A stretch of DNA of 64,000 nt from Lophium mytilinum (taxonomy: Eukaryota), in NCBI GenBank assembly GCA_010093605.1, contig MU004183.1, forward strand, positions 372,001 through 436,000, given 5' to 3'. Of the stretch, positions 1 through 13,047 are shown piece by piece (position 1 is the first letter of the stretch; the number at the start of each line of letters is the position of its first letter). A program made the position numbers and the translations under genes. The notes below the pieces were generated by a model. The model saw only the letters and a program-made list of their open reading frames with translations, searched no databases and was not told where the DNA came from.

Positions 1-1166
1 AGGCATGAATAGTGCTTTTGCTATATTCCACGCAGGCTCGGAGATGCAAAAGATGACACGGCAGCACATGTTAAACGAGATGCAGACGAAGCTTAATAAC
101 AAGGAGCTTGAGAAACTTTTGATTCCGGAGTGGAGCGTTGGCTGCAGGAGACTCACCCCTGGCACGAATTATTTGGAGAGTCTTTCTGACCCCAACGTGA
201 AGGTTGTATACGGCGAGATTGAGAAAATCACAGAAAAGGGTCCGATCGTTGACGATGGGAACGAGTATCCGGTTGATGTGCTCATTTGCGCGACTGGATT
301 TGACACCACGTTCAAGCCTAGGTTTCCACTCATTGGTCCTAAGGGCAAAGCGCTGGCAGAAGTCTGGAAAGGTATGAAAAGCCGTCTTGGAATCTAGGAA
401 GTCTATGCTTACTCGTGCATCATCTAGACGAACCACAAGGGTATCTTGGCATTGCTGTTAACGACTACCCTAACTATTTCATGACCCTTGGACCGAACTG
501 TCCAATCGGAAATGGCCCAGTGTTAATTTCCATCGAGTCAGAGGTCGATTACATCATCAAGATGCTTTCGAAGTTTCAGAAAGAGAATATCCGGTTGGTT
601 TAACATTTTTCCTTACACTGAGAATTGTAAGACTGACAGTTCTAGGTCCTTCGATGTAAAGCCAGAACCGGTTCAAGAGTTCAACGATTGGAAGGAACAT
701 TTCATGTCAGGAACCAGTATGTGCATTTTGGATTCACCTACTAATAGATGTTGAGTGCACTTGCAATTCGGCCTGCACCAATTCTAAAATACTCATCGCC
801 ACTTTCAAGAAAGAACACTGCTGACTCCTTGAAGTTTGGACAGAAGAATGCCGATCCTGGTACAAGTCCGGTAACATCCATGGCAAAATCGCAGCGTTGT
901 GGCCCGGTTCCACACTCCATTATCTTGAGGCGCTGAAAGAGCCTCGCTGGGAGGACTGGAACTTCGAATACGAATCTAAGAATCGATTCGAGTACTTAGG
1001 CAACGGGCACAGCTCTGCTGAGGTGCGCGAAGGCGGTGATTTGAGCTACTATATCCGCAATCACGATGATGATCAGATCGATATCGTCCTGAAGAAGCCC
1101 GGCAACGCTCATCCGGAGTTGGAGGGGATCGTGCCGTCCCCAGACGCCGTCAAGGCGAAGCTGTGA
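1..1166 (+). CDS. Flavin-dependent (Baeyer-Villiger/FMO-type) monooxygenase, 5'-truncated by window, 3 introns visible
   Basis: Spliced ORFs give VGCRRLTPG, DVLICATGFD, PNYFMTLGPN, IWTEECRSWYK and LWPGSTLHY, typical of fungal cyclohexanone-monooxygenase-like enzymes. Introns approx 372-427, 594-646, 718-834. Ends AKL-TGA. Confidence 0.9.
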
Positions 1167-2035
1167 GTGCTGTGAGTGCCAAGCAATGCTAAGAAGTGCG
1201 CCGGCTGAACAAGACATAGTATAAGTCCATTCGAAGCAAATCGAACGAATTGAAGGCGTCAGCGATAGGTTTTCATTTGATTGCGGTGGGCTTTCCTAGA
1301 TAACCATCTTAGTCTTCGCGTTGCGCAGCGTTCTTGCACAAGCTGTAGATATGTAAACTACTCATCAATTAATCTTGGCGTTCCGACTGGATGGAGTTAC
1401 GCATGTTGCACGTTGATTTTCTCAGGGTCTGCCCAAACCTTCCTAATGAGATCGAGCATGGGCCGCGGGTGGCGGAAGGAGTTTGGGGTTAGAAACCCCA
1501 CACGGAATTTGCGGAGAACCCCCGGAAAGCCGTGAAAGAAAATGCAACCTGCGCTGCATTCGAGAAGCAGATCTTCATCGAGTCTCGAAGGATTGTAGCC
1601 CCGCAGAGCCCCTTGTCCTGGTGGTGCATCGTTGCATGGACTCCTCTCCTGGGGCTAGGGTATGCACCGTATAGCGGCGAGGTGGACTCGCTCGACGCCT
1701 GACAGTGATGTTCGTGACGCGGGTTATCGCGCGACGTAGTAACAAGCACATGCCGAATGAACGAATGAAAGATCGATGACTCTGCTCCTATGTAGTGATG
1801 AAAGGGTTGAGGTGGCAGAGACTTCGTGGAGGTTGGAGGTGGAAGAAAGGTACGTTACTAAGCAGCCTAACCTGGATAGTGCCATCGTCAATCTATCATG
1901 TCTCATCATCAGTAAACATAATGCTTGCCGCCCTTTGAATGGGTCGTGCAGACCCGAATTTAGGCAGAAACGAGCACGACTTAAAGCTGTGTCATCACTT
2001 CTGGCGCGCGACTATTCCAGGGGCACATTGGCCTA

Positions 2036-2045
2036 ATCACGTGAT
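2036..2045. promoter_or_regulatory. Palindromic E-box ATCACGTGAT (bHLH, Cbf1/SREBP-like site)
   Basis: Perfect 10-bp palindrome about 100 bp upstream of the SET gene ATG; function inferred only. Confidence 0.3.
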
Positions 2046-2145
2046 ATGCATGAAACCTCCCTTCGTTTCACCCTGTTCTCAACCCAATACCCGACGTTGA
2101 CCATGAGATCAAGTCTTTCTCTCTCCAAACCCATAGATTGCAAAA

Positions 2146-3204
2146 ATGATCCTTCGTCTCTACGTCCTATCCGATCTCGTCGCGCTTTGCCTTGCGGCAT
2201 CGATCACCGCATGCACCATCCCATCCCTCTCTGAACCATGGCCGCATCTACATTCGGAAACCCCGTCGGATACATGTTCCGGGCCCGCAGAAATCTACAC
2301 CATGCTGCCCACGCCCAAGAAAGGCTACGGCCTGTTCGCCACGCGGCGCATCGCGCGGGGAACCACGGTTATCCTCGAAGCGCCCCTCGTGGTCATCCAG
2401 CCACCACCCCTCACACTGGGCCAGGGGTACGAGATCTCCAAAATGCTTGATTCGCTCCGCGCAGAGTTTGCCAAGCTATCTCCGCCGAACCAGAAACGGT
2501 ATCTCGCGCTCCACGCGCACGTGTTTCCTAGCGAGGAGGGCAAGGAGAGGCTGATGCCCATCTTGCGCTCTAATGCATTCAACACTGGGACAGGCCTGGG
2601 CTTGTTCCCGATTGTGGCGAGGATCAATCATTCGTGTCGACCCAATGCGGCATACTTCTGGAGCGAGCGTTTGGGGCGGAGAGTCGTGTATGCGGGGCGT
2701 GACATTGAGGAAGGGGAAGAGATTTCAATTTCTTATATTCCGTTGCTAAAGACGACAAAAGAGCGGGAGCAGCGGCTAGCGCAATATGGCTTCACGTGCG
2801 AGTGCGAGGCATGTGAGGCAAGCAGGGGCGGGGATTCGAGAAGCGATGATGCAAGGGCGGAGATGCAAGTTATGTTAGATCAGCTGGAGTCGGAGGTACT
2901 GGTCCCTCCGGGCGAGGGGCTGATGGCAGAAAAGAAAGAGGAAGGACTTATCAAGAATAGTCTGAGGTTAGTAGATATGGTAGAGGAGGAGGTGCTGGTG
3001 GATTACTACGCCCAGGTGTACAAGCTTGCCGCTACAACTCATGGTCGATCTAGGCGGTGGGAAGAGGGGGCTGGTTGGGCTTTGCGGAGCCTGGAGATTA
3101 GAGAAATGGCCGACGAGCACTCCGCCGAAGCAATGGAGATGAGGCAAATGGCCCCCAGATTCATCTTGGAATCTAAAAAGTACATGGGCGAAGGTTTGTG
3201 TTGA
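2146..3204 (+). CDS. SET-domain lysine methyltransferase (SMYD/SET5-like) with hydrophobic N-terminus
   Basis: Intronless 352-aa ORF with KGYGLFATRRI, RINHSCRPNA, EEISISY and post-SET GFTCECEAC motifs. Confidence 0.9.
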   Translation: MILRLYVLSDLVALCLAASITACTIPSLSEPWPHLHSETPSDTCSGPAEIYTMLPTPKKGYGLFATRRIARGTTVILEAPLVVIQPPPLTLGQGYEISKMLDSLRAEFAKLSPPNQKRYLALHAHVFPSEEGKERLMPILRSNAFNTGTGLGLFPIVARINHSCRPNAAYFWSERLGRRVVYAGRDIEEGEEISISYIPLLKTTKEREQRLAQYGFTCECEACEASRGGDSRSDDARAEMQVMLDQLESEVLVPPGEGLMAEKKEEGLIKNSLRLVDMVEEEVLVDYYAQVYKLAATTHGRSRRWEEGAGWALRSLEIREMADEHSAEAMEMRQMAPRFILESKKYMGEGLC

Positions 3205-3430
3205 TCTTTCGTATCTAGACCTATGTTGAATGTACGTCGGAACTTTTAACCTGAACCGCAAGAAACCTACGCTAATGTACACCCCCGATTTGAGTTTATG
3301 AGATGGTATCATTAAAGAGATTACAAGAGACTATGAAAAGAGACTGGCTACAAGAGAGATGAGAAATCTGTTAGTCGCTGAACGCTTGTATTGAAGAAAC
3401 CTTGGCTTTCGTGCTCGAGGTGCAGATAAA

Positions 3431-5407
3431 CTAGAACACTGTGGCAGCTGCGCAAGAGATCATTTCGTATTGAGCAACGACTGCACTTCATTAGCTTCTC
3501 TGAACCACGACGTCCACAAATATGATTACTCACCCGCAGTACAGTCAAATATCGGATACTTCCGCGCGAAGGCTGGACTCAGCTTCCACTGGTTTAGTCG
3601 ATCAATCCCAAAGTACGTTGCTATCTCATTCTTGCGGAAGTTCGGATTCGTCCATGGGAACGGCTCGAAGGGTCCATCAGGATCTGTCGGTCCGGCAAAT
3701 CTATCAATTCCGTCGGGAGTTTGTGACGATCCGTTTAACCCGAATTGCATACGCCAAGATAGTTCTTGAACCAAGGCGTCTTCCACTGGATCGGTAGTAG
3801 TCTCGAAGGAGCTATCCACTTGGGGAACCTCTACAAACTTCCAGTCAGGGGATACTATAGCAGACTTCGACCGCGAACCAGACGTCCGGCTGCTGGTAGA
3901 GAGAATGCGGTTGTGGAAAATATCGTATATGTTGATTGCAATCTTGCGGTGTTCAATCTCAACAACCGTGTTCAAAACGATATCTTTGATAACTTCGTCA
4001 TGGTCAATGGCGTGGCCGTGTATGATGAGCTGGTCACGTATCGAGGGCCAGTTGATGAAATCAATGTAGAGCGGATGTTCTGGCGAGCTGTACTGAAGCG
4101 GAGTCGGCCTGAATGGTTCGGGGACAGCCATTCTATTGACGACTGTGTTAGACAATCTCCAACGTAGCACACGGTCCATGTACGGAGCTGCATCCTAGTC
4201 ACATTGTTAGCCTCTAACAAGAACGACAGACTAGTAATGATTAACTTACAACGCCATATATGTAAGCTTCCATCCCAGAGAAAGCCCCAAAAAGGTACTA
4301 TAAAAAGATCAGTGACTAAGCCTCGAATGTGTTTCCAACCCTGCAGAACATACTATTGCTGTTGCCGATAATTGTCGGACGACTCGAACATTCATGGACT
4401 CCGGTGTAAGCGCACCACCTTCCTCGTCTTCGGACTCCATGTCCACGATTGGACGTGGACCTAGAACTTGATTCAAGTACTTCTGACAAGCGTTGGCGAG
4501 CTTATCCGAGAAAATTGCGGCAGATGTAATTGCTATTGTCTTGACAGCGCCAAAAGACATGGCATGGATAGGCGCAGTTAAGTGATCATAGATCATGTAT
4601 GGCGGAGGCGAGTTCTCCAGCGCGGGATCGAAGTGCATGTTTGGAGCTGACATGAGCTCTGGGTCAACACCACCCATTGATTGCGCCATCACGCCCTCAT
4701 CGGAGACGAGGTTGTGTTGCAGCTGCCCCGAATAGTGGCTCACGGGAGTAAGGGCATTGTCGTGTGAAGGTTGATGCTGCTGCATAGGTACTGTTTGCAT
4801 AGGTGGGATCGCTGATGAACCCATTCCTAGATGCCCGTCGTCCACTGGCGAATGGGAATGCAAATGGTTGAAGTTTTGCGGGACTGGTTCTTGCGGTGGA
4901 GTGTGAGCTTGACGTTGGGGAGTTGATTTGTTGCTGTGCGAGAGCGCCTCCATTGGAGCTTCTGAAACCCCGTTCCGGCGACGTCGGCCATCCTTGTCGA
5001 GTAATTGGTTAAATATTTCATCATCTGCATACACTTAGTCAAGGGGGAGGGCCACGTGACGAGTATAAATTACCAGCTGCTGTGGAAGCGATGTTGCTCA
5101 AGCTTAGCAGACGCTTCCGGAGGCGGAACAGGGCGTCCTCCAATTGGCGCTTTTCTTCTATCAGCTTCAGATGGGCGTCCAGAAGTGTTGAATAGCGGTC
5201 CTCGTTGTTTTTTGATTCGTCGTTACTGGACTTAATGATCTCCAGGAACGACTCCAGCTGCCTAGTATGGGCTAGCTGCTTTTCTCGCAGGCATTGTTGT
5301 GATATCCGATTTTGGACTCGTTTACGGTCTGCGCGAGTGTCGCTAGGCTTTTCCGAAGCAGTCTTTCGTTTCCGGGCCCTCGTGGCTGGCGTGGTGGGCG
5401 GATCCAT
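3431..5407 (-). CDS. bZIP-type transcription factor with C-terminal DUF3425-like domain, multi-exon
   Basis: Basic region RKRVQNRISQQCLREKQ followed by heptad leucines; C-terminal PTPLQ..HPLYIDFINWPSIRDQLI and WKLSPAFARKYP; last exon VVAQYEMISCAAATVF-stop at 3431. Confidence 0.8.
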
Positions 5408-7908
5408 AATGAAGAAGAGAGATTAGATCTGTCAGTCGTCTATATAGAGTCAAGTAAGGTGGAGGGAGCTATATGGAGACGCTGAGGGAGGCGTCACACT
5501 TTATGCAGACGGCATGGATGTTGGAGATTCCGGAGGTAACGGGCAGTTAGTGGCTGGCCAGCGGCCAGCGGCGATCATCAGAGTTCCACTAGGCCCCTTC
5601 CCCACAGCAAGTACGCCAAGGGTGGCCCGGGTTCCCCACGGGTTGAGCTTCAGCCGTATCCGGCCAGAAGAATTCGCGGGGTGCAGGTACAGCGGTCTCA
5701 TCCGCCGCGGACTGGACATCAAGCCGTGGCGTTGCCCTTTAATTTCAATTCCCTTGGACCGAAGACCCAATTGCGAGCCATGCTTGGAGCGCACGATCGG
5801 CGACGGGCTTGTTTGTTCAATCAAGAGTGCAGATGCATATTCAGGGATCGCAGAAATCGGCCTTTCGCGCCACGTGCTGCCTGACGGGACCCGTCGTGAG
5901 TAAGTCATAGCGCCCGGCGCACTAGCTCTTCTAGACTTGACATATCTGCTAGATCAGAGGCCTGTGCTCACTCATTTCAGCTCCACCATGACGTTTCCGC
6001 TGCATCGAGCATCTTCTCCGGCGAACACCCCAGAGAACATCCCAGAGATGCTCTGGCCGCACCGGAAGAGTAAGCAAATGCAAACAGGAGTCGTTTCTGC
6101 CACCCTGTAAAATCTTGCGGTGTGCCCCTTGGCATGAGGAGATTTGATCATCCTTTGAACCTGGGGAAAGTCTGCACATCGTTCAACGGCTGTGGATCCT
6201 TAACGGGTGGCCGTTGCGCGATACCCGGACTATTTTCGCTCAGATTGGTGCCAAATCTTGAAACTGGGCAAGCAGAACATACCAGCAAGCGCCCTATACA
6301 CTCCGAGAGTTGCAGTAAGTCAGTTTGACGCTCTTCGTATTCTTGATACCTGCATGCGCAACACTAGCGTCCTTGAAAATCTCATCACTGGACGGTTTTG
6401 TGTGGCGATAAGGACTGGCATGCGTGTGCTGCGCCGTACCAGGTGCGCACAGAACATGTGAGACTGCTCGACCACGAGCGTAGCAAGCCAATATCGGAGT
6501 ATCTATACGCTGGCTACTTGCGTTCGCATGCAGCTCGATATCAGGCTTGATTACTCCAGACTCGACGCGTTGGGACACACACCGTCACCTCAGGCCATAC
6601 GAACAGACTCAATGTCGTCTGCATGTGCTGTGATAGTCACGCCGTGCGGGCCTGCAGACAGCCGCAGAAGTGAAGTCGAGCAATCACATCTTGCAGCGAG
6701 CGCTTCAAGTGATCCGAGTGGCTGAGGAGTGACCTCGAGACAAGTGACCATCTATTCATCAGGGTTAGCTCTGACCTTAGACTGTACTTCCCCTATGCAA
6801 CACTGACAAGAAGCGCTTACTATTCTGGAACTTGACACACCGAGTATCAGTACCACCACAGCGGTTCCCCAAGCTGCAAGTTTGAGCACCTGCTAGGCCA
6901 CCTGACCGGCCGATGATCCTCTTGTGGCGATGAGCATTGGGACCGTCTCCGAGCTAAATGGCCCTCCCTATGGCCATTGTGAAAAGGGTATCCTGGTCCT
7001 ACGGGGATGAAGGCTTGCCAATGTAGCGCCAGTAACGGATGAAGAACTAGATATAGGGGAATGTCATTGCTTTGTTTCACGACAACATGCTTTGTAGATC
7101 GAATAGCGGACTGCGGAACACTGGGCGATTCATCAGGGGTCTAGGCTGGCTGCCGACCCTACAATATTCTTTGAAACGTGAACGACAAATATAGTATGGC
7201 AGAAGTGTTCGAAGATTTGAGATTTGGGGGAGCCAGAAACATATATACAGGAGATGGAGGATGACGAGTGCTTTAATGCATAATGTATGACTCGGAAGCT
7301 ATTCTTAACGCACGAGATATATCATTGTTGGCTCGCATCGCAACCGAAGTTGAGAATCTTGGTGCAAACATTATCTATAGGCGTGTAGTCGATAACTTCG
7401 CGGGTTGCGTGGGGTGGTGGCCTCAGGAAAACGAGGTGAAGGAAAAAGTTGACGGTTTGGACGTCGAGAGGGCGCGGCATTTTCCGGCGTTATTCTAGAT
7501 TCAGACTAGCATAGCATTTCGGCACATTTCGGTCCGGCTGGATAGGGCAAAGTTCCGAATAGCCTCATCCTGCCTCGCCATGAACGATTGACATTTTCGA
7601 AGCAGCCCCAACCTTGAAGGTGATACAGCTGCCTGCAGCCCTGGAGGGGACGGCGGTGATAATACCTCTTCTGGTCTAGGGGTTCGTAGTCGTCATGATA
7701 ATATTCACGATCCAATAGTTCCAGATCTCTTGCCTGTTTCAATGAACGCCAAATCGAGTTTGTTCCTTTGCTCTTCTCCGCCACATCGCCCTGCAATTAG
7801 AATCGTCGTTGGTCTTTGTCACCGCTTTCTCAGAAATGCTTGCTGTTTCTCATCATTCTCACCAGAATCTCCTGTGGCGGCCAACATCCATCTCGCGCCC
7901 CACCATGA

Positions 7909-9707
7909 TCAGTTCATGCTGGTGTGCATCAGCTCGGGATCTTCCATGGGTGTAGATCAGTATCCACTTACTTGATCCAGATTGCTTTCGTTTCCGTGTA
8001 GTGCCGGATGGCATACTCACCCAATTCCCGGCCGTATCCGCTGGAGCCGAATCCGCCCATCGGAACCTGGGGCCCTACCACCGACGTACAGTTGACACCA
8101 ATTGTTCCGCCTCGAACTTTGCTGGAGACTCGTAAGGCTCTGTTCACGTCTTGGGTGTAAATTGCTCCTATACGTGAAGTTAGTTGCATTCGATCAAGAC
8201 GCCCGTTCTCTTGGATAGACTTGCCTGCGAGACCATAGTCAGTGTCGTTGGCAAGCTGGATCGCCTCTTCTTCGGTCTTGAAAGTACGAACGCAAAGGAC
8301 CGGACCAAATATCTCTTCTCTGTAGATCTTCGCCTCATCGGTTGGGTTCTTGAAAATAACTGGGCCTATGTAGTAACCACCCTTGGTGTACTCTTCTCCT
8401 CCGAGTATGACCTCTGTCGACTTCTTTCCCTCCTCTATGAAACCTCGCACCTTATCATATTGGATCTTGTCTACCAGAGGACCGTACGTAGTGGTCATTT
8501 CCTGAGGATCAGATCCGAGAGTCTTCGTGATCGCTTCGAAGCTTCCTTTCAGTGCCGCCAAAAACTTGTCGGCAATTCCTTCTTGGACGAATAGCCTAGT
8601 GGTAGCTGCGCAAACCTGGCCCGCGTTTGTGGCGATCCCGATTGTACACCAGAACACCGCCTTCTCCAAACTTGCGTCATCGAAAACGAGTGCCTTTCTT
8701 TTAGTCAGCGAGGTTTCGAGCACTCGGTCGAATCAGTCCTTACCGGCGACTTTCCACCGAGCTCCAAAGTTACCCGCTTCAAGTTGCTCTTTGTTGCCGC
8801 GTCCTGTATCTTTCTTCCCGTGAAGGTAGATCCGGTAAAAGATATCTTGGCTATCTTCATATGGCTGCTCAGCATGGCTCCTACATCTCCTCCTCCTAGT
8901 GTGTTTATTAGCGTTCTGAGTCGTCCCACGTGCTAGGATCCATTGCGTACCTGGGAGAACCTGAAACACCCCAGGCGGGAACCCAGCTTCTTTGATCAAA
9001 GATGCTACAGCAAGAGTACCCAAGGGCGACTTTTCTGATGGCTTGATGATAACCGTGTTGCCACACGCCAATGCAGGTGCACTTTTGAACCCCAAAAAGT
9101 GGAGGGACCCGTTCCATGCGGTGATTCCGGCACAGACACCTAGCGGCTCTTGCCTAACGATCTTGTAGAACCCGTCTTCAGGTGGATACGAGTCTCCCTT
9201 AATCTTGTCCGCCCAGCCGGCATAATCTGTATTTTTAGTCAACAGCTGAACTCCACTCAAGGTGGATTCAAGAGTTGCATACATCTGTAAACTGATGCTA
9301 TCCTAGGGATCTCGTAGTTGCATTGCGCGAGAGGCCTTCCGGAACAGATGCTTTCAAGATACGCGATTTCCGAGGCATTGTCGAGTATGAGTTGAGCAAA
9401 TTTGTTCAGAATTACTCCTTTCTGTTCGCCGCTCAGCGTCGTCCAGGATCCCGATTCAAATGCTTTCTGGGAGCTTGACACGGCATTATCGACGTCTGCT
9501 TCGGAAGCTCCCTTGAATTCCGCAATGGTGCTTGCATCCTTCGGATTCACGAGTTTGATGGTAGCCCCAGTTCCTTCTTTGAACTATCCTGGTCATCAGT
9601 TCTCACAAATCATACCAATCGAATGCTCAGTCATTGTCAATTCTTACCTCATTGTCCACGTATAACTTAGTCGGCAATTCCTCTCTTGAAACTAGTTTTG
9701 TCGTCAT
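7909..9707 (-). CDS. Aldehyde dehydrogenase (NAD(P)+), multi-exon
   Basis: Motifs [21 protein letters not shown] (catalytic Cys), EEIFGPV and [13 protein letters not shown]; start MTTKLVSRE at 9707; short terminal exon giving WINMN-stop. Confidence 0.95.
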
Positions 9708-9899
9708 GGTGAGAGATTGAAATTGGGAATCGGGATATGGATCAAGGGTACACAACAAGGCGTCAAAATAAGCATCCACCAACGAATAAAAGGAAGTGCG
9801 CCGCACGGAAACTATACCACTACGCGGCATTCGGAAAATGTCAAGCAGCAATAGCTCGTGAGACTTTTCCTTCTCACCCAATTACTGTGCTTTAGTGTA

Positions 9900-10070
9900 T
9901 CTCCCCCGCACTCTCACTGGCGCTGCGCCCTTATTTTCCCCGCAAACCCACATTCCCGGAATCTAATGCCCCGCACCATAAATGTACCTTAGCAGAGCAA
10001 CTTGCTCTTAGGTTCGTTTATCGATAGCGTCAGCTTTGCGAACTCAGGAAAAAAAGAATTACCCCACGCT
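9900..10070. promoter_or_regulatory. Divergent ALDH/ADH promoter with clustered CCCCRC (CreA/Mig1-type SYGGRG) sites
   Basis: CCCCGC at about 9904, 9938 and 9969 and CCCCAC at about 10062, all in the same orientation within a 388-bp intergenic region. Confidence 0.5.
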
Positions 10071-10095
10071 GCGCGTCATCCGTCCCTGACCAGCA

Positions 10096-11642
10096 ATGTC
10101 GACAACCATCGTCACCCAAAACGGGAGCGCTAAGACTATGAAGGCCCAGATCGTCGTCAAGGTATAAGAGCTTGCCAACGAGATTGAATAGAGACTAATT
10201 ATATTTCAGCATAATGGTCCAATCGAAGAGCAAGATGTTGATATACCTACTCCTGGTCCCAATGACCTCCTCGTCAAGTTGTCGGCTTCGTCATTATGTA
10301 TGAGCGATATGGCGGCGTATATGGGGCACCTTGGCGAAAGGGCTCCTGTATGCTTAGGCCACGAACGTATGAACCCTTTCGATTCTGGCAATCCGGTTGA
10401 CTAATCGAACGTAGCTGTCGGTATCGTCGTCGAAGCCGGACCTGGTGTGGTCGGGTTTGCCAAAGGCGACCGAGTAGGCTTCATGCCATTCAAGGGGATG
10501 TGTGGTATGTTTCTGATGTCGAGTGAGTCGGTTTTATGCTGTGGGCGGGCGCTAACGCCTCGTTTCAGAGGACTGTGAAGAATGTTTGAGCGGCCAATCG
10601 AGATTCTGTCCGAGGAAGGTTGGCGGGATGACGGAACTGCACGGTGGCTTCTCTGAATACGCAATTGCTGCGCCGCTTTCAACGGTCAAGATACCGAAGG
10701 AGCTGACCGATGAAGAGTATGTAGATTCATGTTTAAGGTTTCTTTACTGAAGTTAGGAACTGACAGTATCATTTGCTAGAGCCGCGCCGCTGCTATGTGC
10801 GGGTGTTACAGCATATAACGCTCTCAAGGTGGTGGCCAAAGAACAACCAGGTGGCACGCCGCTGAACATCATCGGTGTTGGTGGAGTCGGTAAGTCCTCT
10901 CACACCTAAATTTATCCGGCCGCATGTGCTAAATGCCTTTACAGGTCATCTGGCTGTTGCGTACGCGAAGGCCTTCGGATACCGCGTCACAGCCTGTAAG
11001 TCAATCCCGTCTACCTCTCCCACAATGAACCGCCGCTCACATTTCTCCCCACAGTTGATATCGCAGAGGATAAGCTCGAGCTCGCCAAAGCATACGGCGC
11101 GACAAAAGTAGTTAACTCCTTGAACGTCAAGGACGAAGAGATTGTGCAAACGCAAACCACCATCGTCATTAGCGGTGCAGCGCCAGCCTACGCACTTGCC
11201 GTGAAAACTACCAAGAACCACGGAAGGATAATAGCTGTCGGTGTGCCGCATGCACCGTTAACTTTCAATGGTAAGTCATTGGCTAGTGCTTTACGAAGGG
11301 GCTGGACTGACGATGTGTGATTATAGTGCTGGACCTGATCCTCCGGGAGGTTTCAATCGTTCGTAAGTACCACTCGCGAGAGCTAGGTAATTGGAATTAT
11401 GTGCTGACTGGGAACAGCTATCTGCCAAGGCTCGAAACAGGATCTTGATGAGTCTTTGAAGATGGCGGCAGAGTATGGGATCAAGCCGACGATTCAGGTA
11501 AGCGTTCAAACAATAAGTGGGGATTGCAGACTATTGACGCTAACTCATGATCTAGATTAAGAAGATCGGGCAGCTATACGAAGGTTTCCAGTCAATGATG
11601 AAAGGAGAGGTTACGGGGCGGCTGGTATATCGGTTCGACTAG
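10096..11642 (+). CDS. Zinc-dependent medium-chain alcohol dehydrogenase, 10 exons
   Basis: Manual splicing gives LCMSD, GHEP, GDRVG, structural-Zn CEDCEECLSGQSRFC, APLLCAGVT, GVGGVG and GEVTGRLVYRFD-stop. Confidence 0.92.
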
Positions 11643-12098
11643 GTTCCGAGCGGCGCTGTGATGTTATTATGTACGTGATATCAAAACTTCAAAAATTGCT
11701 GAAGCCGTATGGGCCGAATATTCCATCTCCCACGCTTCTACCAGTATTGACGTGAGAAGAGTATACATTCCTTTATAAGGATGAACCTGAGCTGGCTGTT
11801 GAAGGAAGGAACCTGACCAGAATACTTATGCATATAGTGTATTATCTGCTTGTAGAAGGTAGAATACATGAGACATTTTGTCACGTATAGGTTATAGCAA
11901 CTTATTGGTGTGCTCTCAAGTCTTATTAGATATCTTGAGATATGTTAATGCTTTAAGTTAGCTGGATACATAGCTCTTGTGGCAAGTTCCTTCCCCAGCG
12001 CCGGATATTCTCTGCAACCGCCTGACCAGGTCCAGAGTTTTTCTTCCGCATTGATCGAAGGTCCCAACGCTACATCCACGTAGTACGTTCGAGACCAT

Positions 12099-13047
12099 TT
12101 ATTCGGAAGGTCCTGGCACCACCAGCGATGGAGTTGGTGAAGGGCGACTTTCGAAATAACGTCCAATTTTACCTATTCCAGATTCGGGATTCCCCGCATT
12201 GAGGTTGTTCAAGAAGGAGTCCCTTAGATCTTTGCAATCGAAGAGAGTCTTCCATTCATCGGAAAGACTCTTCCATCCTTCGCCATCAAAGTCCCAGCAG
12301 AAACGTCCACCAAGGTGCACGTATTCCAAGAGATAATCCATAAAGAAACGACGTAGGCAAGACCCATCTGCGGTATGTTGAAAGGCTAGCAGAATCTGGG
12401 CGGGATCGATGGGGAATATAAGTGGTACTTTCTTCGGCAGTAGCATCTGATACAGATAGTTCATGGCGTAATTCTTGAAGTCCACCGAACTGCGAATCTT
12501 TTCACCAAAAACCCAAGCTTGTGCGCTCTTTCGTAGGACGCTTGCATGCGCATAGGGTTCTCCGTCGCGAATCATGTCGTCAATAGCATCTCGGGTGACT
12601 ATTTCATCATCGAAGATGTATCCACCGGTGAAGAGCCACTGAACAAACAACTCGAACACTTCCGGATCCTCCTCCGGTAGGGCGACTCTCTTCTCTTTGG
12701 CCTCTTTGAAGCCACCCTGGAGAGCAGCGCGGAAGAAATCAGAGTAGGAACACAGTAGCGATTCGTAGAGGAACCAGGTGCGAGTGTTGGGCTCCGTGCC
12801 GACGACGACTTCAATCTGCACGGCATTGCGATCAGTCATGCTAGATGCTGTCAGCTTGGTCGAGGCGGCGGATTGTCAAGAAAGACATACAGGTCTAAGA
12901 GCTCCTTCCGTAGTCCCGCATGTCTGAACAAGATCTTCCCCGACAACGCCATGGTCGCTGATGGCGGAGGCTTATGTCGATGTCAGTTCAGGGAGTCTTG
13001 CGATATTTCCGATTCGAGGACTTACTAATAACCTTGGGAAAGGACAT
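12099..13047 (-). CDS. BTB/POZ domain protein, 3 exons
   Basis: LLCSYSDFFRAALQGGFKEAKEKRVALPEEDPEVFELFVQWLFTG is a typical fungal BTB core; two short 5' exons splice in frame from MSFPKVI at 13047. Confidence 0.85.

Noticed and set aside
718..834. Possible nested intron (stwintron) suggested by internal CTAATAG
   Set aside because: The internal intron would be only 31 nt, with no branch-to-acceptor spacing and no regenerated donor.
5501..5908. Overlapping 129-135-aa ORFs on both strands
   Set aside because: No recognisable motifs; GC-rich upstream region of the bZIP gene, likely chance ORFs.
6800..7860. Short ORFs that might be a decayed gene
   Set aside because: No family motif or consistent splice model could be built.
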